IMG/VR virus record: IMGVR_UViG_3300049043_000112
Coordinates: 172,017-236,016 of that record
Reading direction: 5' to 3' (one strand)
Length of the DNA: 64,000 bases
In this document: piece after piece, positions 19,572-30,073 of the stretch
Layout: the number at the start of each line of letters is the position of its first letter
Position numbering within the stretch: position 1 is the first letter of the stretch
Made by a program: the position numbers and the translations under genes
The notes under the pieces: generated by a model
What the model saw: only the letters and a program-made list of their open reading frames with translations
What the model was told of the DNA's origin: nothing
Databases searched by the model: none

Positions 19572-20633
19572 TCAAAGAGCATTTCCACGAGGCAATACCT
19601 CTTCTGGAAAAACGAAATTTTCGTGTGGTTGATCTACTGTCGCCATCCACGCTCTTATGCCCTCATTAAGAAGAACATTTTTCGTTGTGAATGTTTCGTA
19701 TTCAGGATCTTCAGCGGCACGAATTTCTTGAGATACAAACTCATAAGCCCTCAAGTTCAAACCCAAACCAATAATGCCAATAGAACTAGTCCAGAGACCC
19801 ATAACGGGAACAAAAAGCATGAAAAAATGTAACCAACGCTTATTAGAAAAAGCAATTCCAAAAATCTGCGACCAGAAGCGGTTTGCAGTAACCATCGAAT
19901 AGGTTTCTTCTTCCTGAGTCGGTTCAAATGCTTTGAACGTATTTGCTTGATCACTGTCTTCAAATAGTGTGTTTTCTACAGTTGCTCCGTGAATCGCACA
20001 GAGCAGTGCTCCTCCCAGTATACCAGCAACTCCCATCATATGGAAGGGGTTGAGTGTCCAGTTGTGGAAACCCTGAAGAAACAGAAGGAACCTGAAGATA
20101 GCAGCAACACCAAACGATGGTGCGAAGAACCAACTGGACTGACCCAGTGGATACATCAGGAACACAGATACAAATACTGCAATAGGACCAGAGAATGCGA
20201 TTGCGTTATAGGGTCTGATACCTACAAGACGAGCAATCTCAAACTGACGAAGCATAAATCCAATCAGACTAAAGGCGCCGTGGAGCGCCACAAAAGTCCA
20301 GAGTCCCCCAAGTTGGAACCACCTGACGATATCCCCTTGAGCCTCAGGACCCCAGAGCAGAAGAAGAGAATGACCCATAGCGTCTGCTGGGGTACTCACC
20401 GCAGATGTTAAAAAATTACAACCTTCCAAATAACTGGAAGCAATACCGTGTGTATACCAACTTGTAACAAATGTCGTTCCAGTCAACCATCCACCAAGAG
20501 CAAGATAAGCAGTTGGAAAAAGCAGCAACCCACTCCATCCAACAAACACAAACCTATCCCTTTTCAACCAATCATCTAATAAATCAAACCAACCTTTTTG
20601 TTGATTTGGTAGTGAAAGTGTAGAAGAAGTCAT
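19572..20633 (-). CDS. psbD: Photosystem II D2 protein
   Basis: [14 protein letters not shown]...[10 protein letters not shown]; 353 aa, uninterrupted. Confidence 0.99.
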   Translation of the reverse strand: MTSSTLSLPNQQKGWFDLLDDWLKRDRFVFVGWSGLLLFPTAYLALGGWLTGTTFVTSWYTHGIASSYLEGCNFLTSAVSTPADAMGHSLLLLWGPEAQGDIVRWFQLGGLWTFVALHGAFSLIGFMLRQFEIARLVGIRPYNAIAFSGPIAVFVSVFLMYPLGQSSWFFAPSFGVAAIFRFLLFLQGFHNWTLNPFHMMGVAGILGGALLCAIHGATVENTLFEDSDQANTFKAFEPTQEEETYSMVTANRFWSQIFGIAFSNKRWLHFFMLFVPVMGLWTSSIGIIGLGLNLRAYEFVSQEIRAAEDPEYETFTTKNVLLNEGIRAWMATVDQPHENFVFPEEVLPRGNAL

Positions 20634-20696
20634 AACCTCCTATGTATTTCTCATATTTAGTTTACAATACTTTACAAAATAGGTCAATAGGGATTT

Positions 20697-21275
20697 CTAC
20701 TTATTGAACCTTTTATCAATAGGTTTATCTGGATCAAGTCCTTTTGCTTCTCTATATTTTCTCCATCTTTCTTTTGTTGCTTCACTTCTCCTCTTTCTTT
20801 CTTCCTTACTAACATTAGGATTTGAAGACCACCTTTTATTTCCTTCAAGTGATTTACTTATTTTTTTCTTTGTATCCTCACTTAACTTTTTACCAACCAT
20901 ATAAGTGTTACCTTCCAAACTTTTTGATATTTTTGCTTTATGTTCCTCACTTAACTTCATACCAGTTCTAAACTGTCTCAACTTCTCCTTACTCTCTTCT
21001 GTATGTTTTGATTTACCTTTATGAGATTGACTGATTTTCTGTTTGGTTTCTTCTGTATGAATTCTTCCAGTTGGGTCCATCAACAACTTTACAATCTCTT
21101 CTTTACCAATAGTTCCTTCTAAACCTTTCCAAGCACAGTAATCTTTGATATTACCATATTCCTCCCACAACTTTCTGTGTGCCTCTGCGTGTTCTTCCAC
21201 AGTCAGTTCAATAAGATTTGATGGGTCATCACTACCACCCATATGTCTTGGAATAATATGATGTTTATGTTTCAT
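20697..21275 (-). mobile_element. Free-standing HNH homing endonuclease with NUMOD3-like repeats between psbA and psbD
   Basis: HHIIPRHMGG.DD..N......EEH..AH plus HTEETKQKIS repeats; TATAAATA at 21302..21309. Confidence 0.9.
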
Positions 21276-21320
21276 TCTTACTGCTGCTGTGTCTACTACA
21301 TTATTTATACATTATAGCAT

Positions 21321-21347
21321 AAAAAAAGAGACCCGAAGGTCTCTTTT
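21321..21347 (-). terminator. Intrinsic terminator after psbA
   Basis: GAGACC-TTCG-GGTCTC followed by T7. Confidence 0.9.
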
Positions 21348-21371
21348 AAACAATATTCAGTTTTTACTTTA

Positions 21372-22451
21372 TCAACCGATGGCAGGAGCAGTGAGAGCAA
21401 CAGGAGTGCTTTCAGCGGCAGCAAGGTCCAACGGAAAGTTGTGGGCGTTACGTTCATGCATAACTTCCATCCCCAGTCCAGCACGGTTCAGGACATCAGC
21501 CCAGGTATTGATTACCTTGCCCTGACTATCAACAATAGACTGGTTGAAATTAAAACCATTGAGATTAAAAGCCATGGTGCTCACACCAAGAGCGGTGAAC
21601 CAAATACCGACAACGGGCCACGCCGCTAAAAAGAAGTGCAGCGAACGTGAGTTATTGAAGGAAGCGTATTGAAAAATAAGGCGTCCAAAGTAACCGTGTG
21701 CAGCAACAATGTTGTAGGTCTCTTCTTCTTGACCGAACTTGTAACCATAGTTCTGGGACTCGGACTCAGTGGTTTCACGAACCAGTGAGGAAGTAACCAG
21801 AGAACCGTGCATAGCACTGAACAGAGAACCACCGAAGACACCAGCAACTCCAAGCATGTGGAAGGGGTGCATCAGGATGTTGTGCTCTGCCTGGAACACA
21901 AGCATGTAGTTAAAAGTACCAGAGATACCCAGAGGCATCGCATCAGAGAAAGAACCTTGACCGAAAGGATAGACCAGGAACACTGCACTCGCAGCAGCAA
22001 CAGGTGCGCTATAAGCAACACAGATCCAAGGGCGCATACCCAGACGATAAGAGAGTTCCCACTCACGACCCATGTAGGCGTAGATACCAATCAGGAAGTG
22101 GAACACAACCAGTTGGAAAGGACCACCGTTGTATAGCCACTCATCTAGGGAAGCAGCTTCCCAGATGGGGTAAAAGTGCAGTCCAATAGCATTGGACGAA
22201 GGAATCACAGCACCAGAGATGATGTTGTTTCCGTACATGAGTGAACCAGCAACGGGTTCACGGATGCCATCGATGTCCACAGGAGGAGCAGCGATAAAGG
22301 CAACGATGAAGCAGATGGTAGCAGCAAGCAGGCAGGGAATCATCAGAACGCCGAACCAACCCACATAAAGGCGGTTATCGGTGCTGGTGACCCACTGGCA
22401 AAACTGTTCCCAAGTATTCGATTGTTTTTGACGTGAAAGTGTAGCAGTCAT
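21372..22451 (-). CDS. psbA: Photosystem II D1 protein
   Basis: Full-length 359-aa D1 ending [13 protein letters not shown] plus C-terminal extension; no intron. Confidence 0.99.
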   Translation of the reverse strand: MTATLSRQKQSNTWEQFCQWVTSTDNRLYVGWFGVLMIPCLLAATICFIVAFIAAPPVDIDGIREPVAGSLMYGNNIISGAVIPSSNAIGLHFYPIWEAASLDEWLYNGGPFQLVVFHFLIGIYAYMGREWELSYRLGMRPWICVAYSAPVAAASAVFLVYPFGQGSFSDAMPLGISGTFNYMLVFQAEHNILMHPFHMLGVAGVFGGSLFSAMHGSLVTSSLVRETTESESQNYGYKFGQEEETYNIVAAHGYFGRLIFQYASFNNSRSLHFFLAAWPVVGIWFTALGVSTMAFNLNGFNFNQSIVDSQGKVINTWADVLNRAGLGMEVMHERNAHNFPLDLAAAESTPVALTAPAIG

Positions 22452-22464
22452 TTTGATTAAAAGA

Positions 22465-22563
22465 GTAGTAAGACCATCAGGGAAATGGTGGAGTTACTAT
22501 GCTCCCCGCACCCTTAGCGGGGATATGAGAGACTGTGTTTAACCTCCCCATAGGTCTCGGTTA
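22465..22563 (-). ncRNA. PhotoRC-II-like structured 5' UTR of psbA
   Basis: GAGAC/GTCTC pairing, CCCCGC-TAAGGGT-GCGGGG hairpin and ACCAT-TTCCCTG-ATGGT hairpin before the ATG; matches my recollection of the cyanophage psbA leader motif. Confidence 0.7.
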
Positions 22564-22613
22564 GGAAGAGGAACTCGTTACAGAAAGTTAACGTTCCGTA
22601 ACATTTGTTTACC

Positions 22614-22647
22614 TATTTATCATACTACGGTCTGGTTCTGGTGTCAA
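22614..22647 (-). promoter_or_regulatory. psbA dual promoter (sigma70-type plus late)
   Basis: TTGACA-17-TATGAT immediately followed by ATAAATA. Confidence 0.75.
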
Positions 22648-22808
22648 GCCCTGTATTCTTCTATTTTATCCAAAACTTTATTAAGATACTGATGCGCCAA
22701 CCATTTTGGATTATACCCAGACTTATTCATCCACTCTTTGTCTAGGTCTGCCTTAATTCTAAGAACTTCATACTTCATAATATCTTTAGTCAATTGATTG
22801 CGTGGCAT
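22644..22808 (-). CDS. Hypothetical protein (MPRNQLTKD...)
   Basis: ORF; likely start at 22808. Confidence 0.6.
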   Translation of the reverse strand: MPRNQLTKDIMKYEVLRIKADLDKEWMNKSGYNPKWLAHQYLNKVLDKIEEYRA

Positions 22809-22866
22809 AATACAAAAAAACTCTGCCCTATATTTAGAGCAGAGTTTCATATTATGTCTTATTACT

Positions 22867-23394
22867 TCAAACAGTAGAACCAACTTTTACATTTGCTGAC
22901 ACATACTCTAGAACATTCTCAGGTGTCGATACTTCATATGGGTCTGTGTCCGCATTGTCACGCAAACCCTCTTCCAAGAAGAGTTTCTCGATGACTCCGT
23001 TATCCACGACCGCAGCATAACGCCAAGACCGATCACCGAAACCAAGGTTAGACTTGCTGACAAGCATTCCCATAGAACGTGTGAAGTAAGCATTTCCGTC
23101 TGGAATAAGTTTTACGTTCTCAATGTTCTGGTCCTGTGCCCAGGCATTCATAACAAAACCGTCATTAACAGAGATACAATAAATGTCATCAATACCAAGT
23201 CCAATAAAATCTTGATACTTCTCTTCAAATCCAGGCAACTGATAAGCACTGCAAGTAGGAGTGAATGCACCAGGCAGACTGAAAATAACCACACGCTTAC
23301 CATCAAAGAGATCGGCAACCGTGCGAGTAACAAACTCTCCATTCTCTCTAAAGGTAAATTGAACCTGTGGAACTTGATATCCTTCTCTACGCAT
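22867..23394 (-). CDS. Peroxiredoxin (Prx5/type II)
   Basis: FSLPGAFTPTCS and CISVND motifs; true start MRREGY after GGAGGT RBS. Confidence 0.92.
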   Translation of the reverse strand: MRREGYQVPQVQFTFRENGEFVTRTVADLFDGKRVVIFSLPGAFTPTCSAYQLPGFEEKYQDFIGLGIDDIYCISVNDGFVMNAWAQDQNIENVKLIPDGNAYFTRSMGMLVSKSNLGFGDRSWRYAAVVDNGVIEKLFLEEGLRDNADTDPYEVSTPENVLEYVSANVKVGSTV

Positions 23395-23407
23395 ACTTAC
23401 CTCCATC

Positions 23408-23516
23408 TCACCATACTCCAGGAATGATTTGTCCGGTGGCGGCATAGGAACCCATTGCTGCAATAATCCCAATCATTGCAGACCGAACCGTTAATACGTT
23501 CTGCTCTTTCGTTCAT
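23408..23516 (-). CDS. hli: High-light inducible protein (35 aa; frameshift at about 23485)
   Basis: Removing one base gives [35 protein letters not shown] (E..NG..AM motif). Confidence 0.85.
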
Positions 23517-23788
23517 TGTTTTTCTCCTTGATAAGGGTGTTGTTGTTTAAGTTCGGGGTTTGGTTGTGAGAAAACCATAGGACTTCTGGTTTTATTTTTG
23601 ATCACAATGAAAGCATCATTCTGATAAGTTACTGTTCCAAATGGTTTTGCCCACTTTGGATTTGCATCTGGATGAGTTGCAGTTCCAGTTACTGCTACAC
23701 CACCAATCTCAACAGAGAGTTCATCGTTGGTGTCCCATCCTAGTTTTTCAAGGGCAAGTGCAAACTGCCCAAGCATCCCAGCGGTCAC
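23513..23788 (-). CDS. Conserved hypothetical protein
   Basis: [25 protein letters not shown]; GTG overlaps the petF stop. Confidence 0.65.
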   Translation of the reverse strand: MTAGMLGQFALALEKLGWDTNDELSVEIGGVAVTGTATHPDANPKWAKPFGTVTYQNDAFIVIKNKTRSPMVFSQPNPELKQQHPYQGEKQ

Positions 23789-24078
23789 AGATTTTCCTCT
23801 TGTTCGGTGAGGATTACACAGTCGCTGGTAGGGTATGCCACACAGGTAAGCACCCAACCCTCAGCAAGTTGGTCATCATCAAGGAACGATTGCTCCTCGT
23901 TATCTACAGTGCCGCTGATCAATTTACCAGCGCAAGCGGAGCAAGCACCAGCTTTGCACGACGAAGGAAGGTCAACACCTGCCTCTTCTGCTGCTTCAAG
24001 AATGTATTGATCATCAGGACACTGAATAGTAGTCTCAGTACCATCAGGGGATTGAAGGGTAACGCTATAAACAGTCAT
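23785..24078 (-). CDS. petF: Plant-type [2Fe-2S] ferredoxin
   Basis: CKAGACSAC...C motif, 97 aa. Confidence 0.97.
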   Translation of the reverse strand: MTVYSVTLQSPDGTETTIQCPDDQYILEAAEEAGVDLPSSCKAGACSACAGKLISGTVDNEEQSFLDDDQLAEGWVLTCVAYPTSDCVILTEQEENL

Positions 24079-24164
24079 TAGTAAGTTTCGGAAAGTTGAT
24101 TTACGGAGTGTGCCAGTAAAACGAAAAAGGCAACACTAGTAATTGTAAAGATAATTGAAGTCAT
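24078..24164 (-). CDS. 28-aa single-TM peptide
   Basis: [28 protein letters not shown]; its TAA overlaps the petF ATG. Confidence 0.55.
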   Translation of the reverse strand: MTSIIFTITSVAFFVLLAHSVNQLSETY

Positions 24165-24173
24165 TGTCAAGTA

Positions 24174-24383
24174 TCAGAAGAGTCCGAAGAAGAGTTTTCC
24201 TGTTGCTGCGTAAGAGATAAAACCAGCCACAATCCCAAGCATAGCCCAGCGACCATTAGCGGATTCGGCGCGTTCAGCATAACTCTTCATCCCATACTTT
24301 TTTGCGTCTTCATCGGAAATATAAACGGGGGGTTCAATTGCCCACATATTCTGTTGTCCACGATCATTAGTCGTAACAGTCAT
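24174..24383 (-). CDS. hli: High-light inducible protein (69 aa)
   Basis: MTVTTNDRGQQNMWAIEP...AESANGRWAMLG; own promoter TTGACG-17-TATAAT upstream. Confidence 0.92.
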   Translation of the reverse strand: MTVTTNDRGQQNMWAIEPPVYISDEDAKKYGMKSYAERAESANGRWAMLGIVAGFISYAATGKLFFGLF

Positions 24384-24478
24384 TGTAGTTTTGTTAAGAA
24401 ACGTTACATAATTATATAGGAAATATAAAGAGGCGTCAAGCCCTTTATTGTAAGCATTTATACTTATTTTGTTAGGAT

Positions 24479-25274
24479 TTACTGACTTGGTTGCTGAGAT
24501 GCTTCGGTTACACGTCCCAAATAAGGATTCATAATTCATTAAATCATCAATCTTTATATCAGAACCCTGAAGTTCCCAAAACTGTAAAAGTCCATCGTGA
24601 TTGTTACGATGAAAAGCATCAATGTGTTCTGGGTGAATTGAAGACCCCAAGGCAATGCGATATAAGAATAATGGTATTGAAAAAGTATTACCAGAATTAT
24701 AGATTAAATCATCAGCAACTGCTCTTGGTTTTACGCCTTGATCCAACTTATACTTATCATCACGAATATGAAACTTCAACAACTTTTCTGCGTGATGGCG
24801 AGTAATCATATATGCAGCAGTAGAAAAATCATTTACAAATCTTTTATGAAGTTTTACGTGTAAATCTCCAGTACAAATGATTGCCATTTGAACTACATCA
24901 TAATCATATGGAACTTTTGCAACAAAATCCGCCCAAGTGAAATCCCAATACTTAACTAATTGCAAATCTACATCATCTTCCATAATGACCGCATAAGGAG
25001 AATCTGATGTCTCATACCAGTGCTTAATTGCTTTAAGGTGTGATGTGGTGCAACCTATTTCTCCAGAAGTCATCATTTCTGGATAACGTCCTTTGATAAT
25101 ATCACTCAAGTCATCTTCTCTACCATCATAAGCAGAAATGCGAGTATAGTTTTCAATTTCCCAGTACTTAAACTGCTCCTCCATATACTCACGCCTTTCG
25201 GGTTGCCCATCCAAATTAAGATAATAAATGGGACCAATTCCTTTCAGTTTATAAGCAGATTTATTTTTATCCAT
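24479..25274 (-). CDS. Glycosyltransferase family 25-like (frameshift at about 24528 near C-terminus)
   Basis: YYLNLD...R..RISAYDG...EIGC..SH...MEDD; removing one A gives ...NYDPYLGRVTEASQQPSQ-stop. Confidence 0.8.
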
Positions 25275-26068
25275 TATTCAATAATAATCCAATTTTCGGG
25301 AAGTAAATCTTTTGTGTCTTTATCAGCATTATTTGGACCAAACCATTTAGATGGTGAAATTACCTTATCACTTTCAGATAACCAGGCTCCCCACCAACTA
25401 AATGAACTGTTTGCAATAATATGAGATTTGCAAAAGGTCATCAAACATAAATCAACCTTATTATCATTAGACTCTGATACTAAGAATCTATCATCAGAAA
25501 ATAATGGTTGTTCTTTACACCATTCTGAATCGTCAGAGAATATAATTACTTGACGGTCAGGAAAATGTTCTAATGCTTTTTCATAATAATCTAATTGTAG
25601 ATTAAAATGATTTTGATGATTTGTCAAGTAATCTGTTCTACGAACGTGAAGAGAAACTGGATTATCAAAGTTTTCTGCAATTTCTTTACAAGGTTCTAGA
25701 ATATGAGACTTAAATGTGAAATCTTCTTTGATGCTTTCTTCTATATGTTTAAAGTATTTTTCCGATTGAAAGAACCCCAATAATGAAATATCGTTAGGAC
25801 ATTGATCAAATAATAGTTGATCAAAATGAAAATGCTTTTCATTCGCAATAGGAGCATAACCAACATCAAGATAACGAATATTTTGTTTTGGTAAATTATA
25901 CAATTCAAAAACTTCAAATAGTTGATGACTTCTCCATTCATCATCAAATTTAGAAGGAGGAATACCAAAGTCATATCCCCTACGAGAAGCAATACCTCTT
26001 AAAGAAGCATACTGAAACATTTGATTTCCAAGTCTTCCTAATTGCCCTAAATGATTAAACGCTAGCAT
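25274..26068 (-). CDS. Alpha-1,2-fucosyltransferase-like (GT11)
   Basis: GRLGNQMFQYA, HVRRTDY and IIANSSFSWWGAW motifs. Confidence 0.9.
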   Translation of the reverse strand: MLAFNHLGQLGRLGNQMFQYASLRGIASRRGYDFGIPPSKFDDEWRSHQLFEVFELYNLPKQNIRYLDVGYAPIANEKHFHFDQLLFDQCPNDISLLGFFQSEKYFKHIEESIKEDFTFKSHILEPCKEIAENFDNPVSLHVRRTDYLTNHQNHFNLQLDYYEKALEHFPDRQVIIFSDDSEWCKEQPLFSDDRFLVSESNDNKVDLCLMTFCKSHIIANSSFSWWGAWLSESDKVISPSKWFGPNNADKDTKDLLPENWIIIE

Positions 26069-26870
26069 CTTGGAACCTCTCTTTCAAATACTCTTGGATA
26101 TTCATATATTTTACTATATTTTCTTTCGGTTGATTGCGAATCCATTGCCATAAGTTATGATTATCCATAAACTTTGGATTATGATAATGAGAGTTATGAG
26201 TTCTTGAATGTTCAAAGTGCCATATCCAATCATTCACACGACCGACACGATATCCAAGAACATTAAATCGAAAATAAAACTCACAGTCTTCTGCACCCCA
26301 AGACAAAAAGTTTTCATTCCACATTCCACCTTTAATGACCTTTTCCCTATCGTAAAACTGAGTCCATCCAATTGTTGATGATTCAGTTCTACATCGTGGT
26401 TGTATGATACTCATATCAAATCCACTTTGAAGAAATGATTGAAAAACTTCTGCAGGATAATCAACTTGATATTGATAAACACCACACCCATAAGGATAAA
26501 TGACATCAAACTGATTTTCTTTAATTAACTGATAAGCGTATTGATGACTTGTAACAGGATAAATGACATCAACATCGTGACTACAAATAACCTTAGTTTT
26601 TGCCATCAAAATAAGGTCATTTAAAATTCTTGTTTTATGAAATAATTGGTCTGTGCTTTCTTCAAAAAAATACTGAAGATTATTGGTACTTACATACTTT
26701 TGAATTTCAGGAAGTGCTCTAAATTTAAAAGTCGCTCTTTCACTGACTTCTTTTATCAGAACTTTTGCTTCTGGAAAATTTTTAAGGAGATAAGTAACTG
26801 AAGTAATAATATTTTTTAATCTATCTTCAGATTCAATTCGCGTAGGAAGAATATAAGTTAAATCATTCAT
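26055..26870 (-). CDS. GT2/GT7C-like glycosyltransferase
   Basis: HDVD (DxD) and GGMWNENFLSWGAEDCEF motifs. Confidence 0.8.
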   Translation of the reverse strand: MNDLTYILPTRIESEDRLKNIITSVTYLLKNFPEAKVLIKEVSERATFKFRALPEIQKYVSTNNLQYFFEESTDQLFHKTRILNDLILMAKTKVICSHDVDVIYPVTSHQYAYQLIKENQFDVIYPYGCGVYQYQVDYPAEVFQSFLQSGFDMSIIQPRCRTESSTIGWTQFYDREKVIKGGMWNENFLSWGAEDCEFYFRFNVLGYRVGRVNDWIWHFEHSRTHNSHYHNPKFMDNHNLWQWIRNQPKENIVKYMNIQEYLKERFQDASV

Positions 26871-27724
26871 AGTTCAATCCACCCTTCAGGAATTAAATCG
26901 GACATAATATAATGATTGAACTGAGGACCAAACCAGTTCTTAGGTGCAACAACAGTTTTATCTGGATTGTTAATTAACCAAGCACCCCACCAACTAAATG
27001 AACTATTTGCGATAATTGCATCAGTGCATAAAGACATTAAACACAAATCTGTCCAGGGAACACGTTGTCCATCAGAAAACTCATCTTTTGTTTCTGAAAG
27101 AATAAATCGATCTGGTTTGAAAAAATCTTGCTCTTTACACCATTCAATCACGTCAGAAAACACAATCACAGGAACATCATCAGGAAAATGTTTTAATGCT
27201 GCCTCATAATATTCCCAAGTTTGAACGGGATGAGCGTTTTGCAGATTAACATATGCCCAAGGAAGTTTTGGATCTCCTCTGCGAATATGCAAAAATATTT
27301 TTCTACCTTCACCTAAACTATCAACCATTTCTTTACAAGGTTGATAAACATCATCTTGAAACTGAAAGTCTTCACGAATTTCTTTTTCAATATTTTTAAA
27401 ATATTTTTCAGTCTGAAAATATCCATCAAGATTTACGTTGTCTGGACAATTATTAAAAAGTTCTTCGTTGAAATGAAACTCTTTCCAAATCGCCCAAGGA
27501 AATTCCATTGAAACTCCTTGATGCTCTTTTGTTGCATAAGGAAGTTTAAATGTATCAAACATACAATAGTTGTTCTCACATCCAAACTCATCTACTCCTG
27601 AAGTTCCTGCAGGTGGTACAGCCCAATCAAAACCACGATTTGCAGAAATACCTCTTAGTGCAGCATACTGAAACATTTGATTTCCAAGTCTTCCAGACTT
27701 ACCAAGTTTATTAAATGTCAGCAT
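26867..27724 (-). CDS. Alpha-1,2-fucosyltransferase-like (GT11)
   Basis: GRLGNQMFQYA, HIRRGD and ANSSFSWWGAW. Confidence 0.9.
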   Translation of the reverse strand: MLTFNKLGKSGRLGNQMFQYAALRGISANRGFDWAVPPAGTSGVDEFGCENNYCMFDTFKLPYATKEHQGVSMEFPWAIWKEFHFNEELFNNCPDNVNLDGYFQTEKYFKNIEKEIREDFQFQDDVYQPCKEMVDSLGEGRKIFLHIRRGDPKLPWAYVNLQNAHPVQTWEYYEAALKHFPDDVPVIVFSDVIEWCKEQDFFKPDRFILSETKDEFSDGQRVPWTDLCLMSLCTDAIIANSSFSWWGAWLINNPDKTVVAPKNWFGPQFNHYIMSDLIPEGWIEL

Positions 27725-28572
27725 TAAATCTTCTCCCAAGTTTCAGGAATTAAATCATCCATAATATAATGTGAATATGCGCTGCCAAACCAAAGATTAG
27801 GAGCAATGACTTTTCCTGCTCCATTCTGTAACCAGGCACCCCACCAACTCATACTACTGTTAGCAATTATAGCACCTTTGCACATACTCATCAAGCACAA
27901 ATCCCAATAAGGAACCAGAGACTGCTGAATCAATCCATCACCAAGTTTAATTCTATTTGGATACTTGACGTGATTTTCAGAGATCAAAAATCTATCATCG
28001 TCAAATAACTTCTGTTCCTTTACCCAATCAAGAGAATCGGAAAATACTAAAATAGGAAAACTAGGATCAAACTTTGTAAGTGCCTGCTCATAGTATTCAA
28101 TAGGCAACGTAGGGTGATAATCTGGTGTTGCTACATAATCTCCACGGCGAATATGAATAAAAATAGCATCTCCCACCTCATTCATAATTTCCTTACAAGA
28201 CTCTATAATTTCATCATTAAAACTAAAATCTTCTCTGATTTGATTTTCAATATGTTTGAAATATTTCTCTGTCTGAAAATAAGAATTAAGATTTATATTA
28301 TCGGGACAGTTGGAAAATAACTCTCCATCAAAATGAAAGATTTTGCTATCAATTGTTTTCCAGTTAGAAAGTCCAAATCCTTTATTATGCTCTTTTACGT
28401 GAGTCATTTTAAAGCATTCAAATAATCCATAATTGCAGGTTGATTCAGCATCCTCTGGAGGAATCAACCATTCATATCCGCGATTTTCTGCAATACCACG
28501 AAAACCAGCATATTGAAACATCTGATTTCCAAGTCTACCATTTGAACCTAAACGATTATAAGAGATTGTCAT
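27724..28572 (-). CDS. Alpha-1,2-fucosyltransferase-like (GT11)
   Basis: GRLGNQMFQYA, HIRRGDY and ANSSMSWWGAW. Confidence 0.9.
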   Translation of the reverse strand: MTISYNRLGSNGRLGNQMFQYAGFRGIAENRGYEWLIPPEDAESTCNYGLFECFKMTHVKEHNKGFGLSNWKTIDSKIFHFDGELFSNCPDNINLNSYFQTEKYFKHIENQIREDFSFNDEIIESCKEIMNEVGDAIFIHIRRGDYVATPDYHPTLPIEYYEQALTKFDPSFPILVFSDSLDWVKEQKLFDDDRFLISENHVKYPNRIKLGDGLIQQSLVPYWDLCLMSMCKGAIIANSSMSWWGAWLQNGAGKVIAPNLWFGSAYSHYIMDDLIPETWEKI

Positions 28573-29413
28573 AATACTCTTTCATGTCATTGAAAACTTT
28601 TTTAATACCAACTTCAATAGTTGTTTTTGGTTGCCACCATTTTAGCAAATATGAATCTGCTTTATTTCTTTTATCCATTTGAACTGTATCTTTTTGTTCT
28701 GATGGAATTACTTTTACATCCTTACCAAGAATATTAAACTGCCCTAAAATAATGGAAGCAATATCTATAACCTTAGTTGAATTAAAACTTGTAATATGGA
28801 GATTGTCCTCTGGAGTGAAATCATTAAAGTTTTCCATAATCATTTCAAGTGCTTCACAACAATCTTCAGCATATAAGAATTCACGTTCTTCTTGACCATC
28901 TGTAAGCATATCAATGACACCTGTTTCAAATCCTTTACGAATAAAGTCAGTGATTACGTGTGCCTTATCATAATCCTTTTCAATCCCATAGACATTCCAA
29001 AACTTGACGATTAATCCATTCAATGACTTAGTATAAAGTTCTCCAACATTCTTAAGAACACCATATGGAGAATAACTCATATTACTCATCTGTGAAGATG
29101 CAAATATAAATCTCTTATTATACTTTTTAAGTAGTCCAAAAGCATTAGCCATCAAACGAGTATTGTTGTCAATGAATTGAAATGTATGTTGGTATTTTTT
29201 CAGATACCTTGAACCACCAACATCAAATGCAAGAAAATATACAAAATCTGACTCAGATATAACCCATTCCAATTTAGAATTTGGAATTGTAGTCATATCT
29301 TCATCGGGTCCATTTACAATATCAAATTGATATACAGTATGACCCCCTACACTGAGATACTCAGTAAGATAAGCACCAATCTGCCCGCTTGAACCAAGAA
29401 TTGCAATTTTCAT
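28556..29413 (-). CDS. NAD-dependent epimerase/dehydratase (extended SDR)
   Basis: GSSGQIG Rossmann motif; YGVLK (YxxxK). Confidence 0.85.
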   Translation of the reverse strand: MKIAILGSSGQIGAYLTEYLSVGGHTVYQFDIVNGPDEDMTTIPNSKLEWVISESDFVYFLAFDVGGSRYLKKYQHTFQFIDNNTRLMANAFGLLKKYNKRFIFASSQMSNMSYSPYGVLKNVGELYTKSLNGLIVKFWNVYGIEKDYDKAHVITDFIRKGFETGVIDMLTDGQEEREFLYAEDCCEALEMIMENFNDFTPEDNLHITSFNSTKVIDIASIILGQFNILGKDVKVIPSEQKDTVQMDKRNKADSYLLKWWQPKTTIEVGIKKVFNDMKEYYDNLL

Positions 29414-29769
29414 TAGTCGCCTCTAATAATCCTATAACTATCTTCATCAAAATGCTGAGTAGAAAATTCAAATAATTCAGTATCTTCCAGTGCAATCATT
29501 TGATGTCTTAATCCTGTGTAGATATGAAACTTATCCCCCCGAGATAAAATAACTTCTAAGGCATTAGCAATGTCATCTTCATCACTGTAAAGAAGTTTTA
29601 TTTTTCCAGATTGAATATAAAAAGTTTCATCTTTAAGTTTATGATAATGCCAGGAACATTTTCTGCCTTTTACAAAGTAAAGAAGTTTTCCACAGTATTC
29701 TTTACAATTTACAATCCACTTTTCAAATCCCCATCCTTTAGGAACAAACTTAATTTCCGAAGAATTCAT
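29413..29769 (-). CDS. Cupin-domain protein (sugar-phosphate isomerase-like)
   Basis: PKGWGFE...SWHYHKLKDETFY...H cupin motifs. Confidence 0.8.
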   Translation of the reverse strand: MNSSEIKFVPKGWGFEKWIVNCKEYCGKLLYFVKGRKCSWHYHKLKDETFYIQSGKIKLLYSDEDDIANALEVILSRGDKFHIYTGLRHQMIALEDTELFEFSTQHFDEDSYRIIRGD

Positions 29770-30073
29770 TTGAATTAATTCCTTTGTCGTCAATGTAGTA
29801 ATCACCAGATGGTTTTCCAAGCATTAATTTATGATACTTACATCCCCAACGATCTAATTGATGACGTGTAAGTTCATAAAACATTCTTGTTGCTAGATCC
29901 GAGTTATCTCCCGACCTACCCATACCTCTGGCGGTAAGATAAATGATTTGGTTTCCTTCATCATACAACTTATTTATTTTCTCTATGCGAGAGGCAATTG
30001 GAGTCGCATTCTCATACTTTCCATCAGAAACTGAATCACAGATTGTACCGTCAATGTCAATAACATATTTCAT
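29750..30073 (-). CDS. HAD-family (capsule-biosynthesis-type) phosphatase
   Basis: DIDGT...TARG...KP...YIDDK. Confidence 0.85.
   Translation of the reverse strand: MKYVIDIDGTICDSVSDGKYENATPIASRIEKINKLYDEGNQIIYLTARGMGRSGDNSDLATRMFYELTRHQLDRWGCKYHKLMLGKPSGDYYIDDKGINSNEFFGN

Noticed and set aside
19572-22451. Group I introns in psbA or psbD
   Set aside because: Both ORFs are full length and uninterrupted; the nucleases are free-standing
22867-23472. Peroxiredoxin with a novel N-terminal extension
   Set aside because: The extension is the off-frame read of the frameshifted hli; a good RBS precedes MRREGY at 23394
24174-25274. Glycosyltransferase-HLIP fusion protein (366 aa)
   Set aside because: One extra A at about 24528 bypasses the GT25 stop; the hli has its own promoter and start, so the fusion is an artefact
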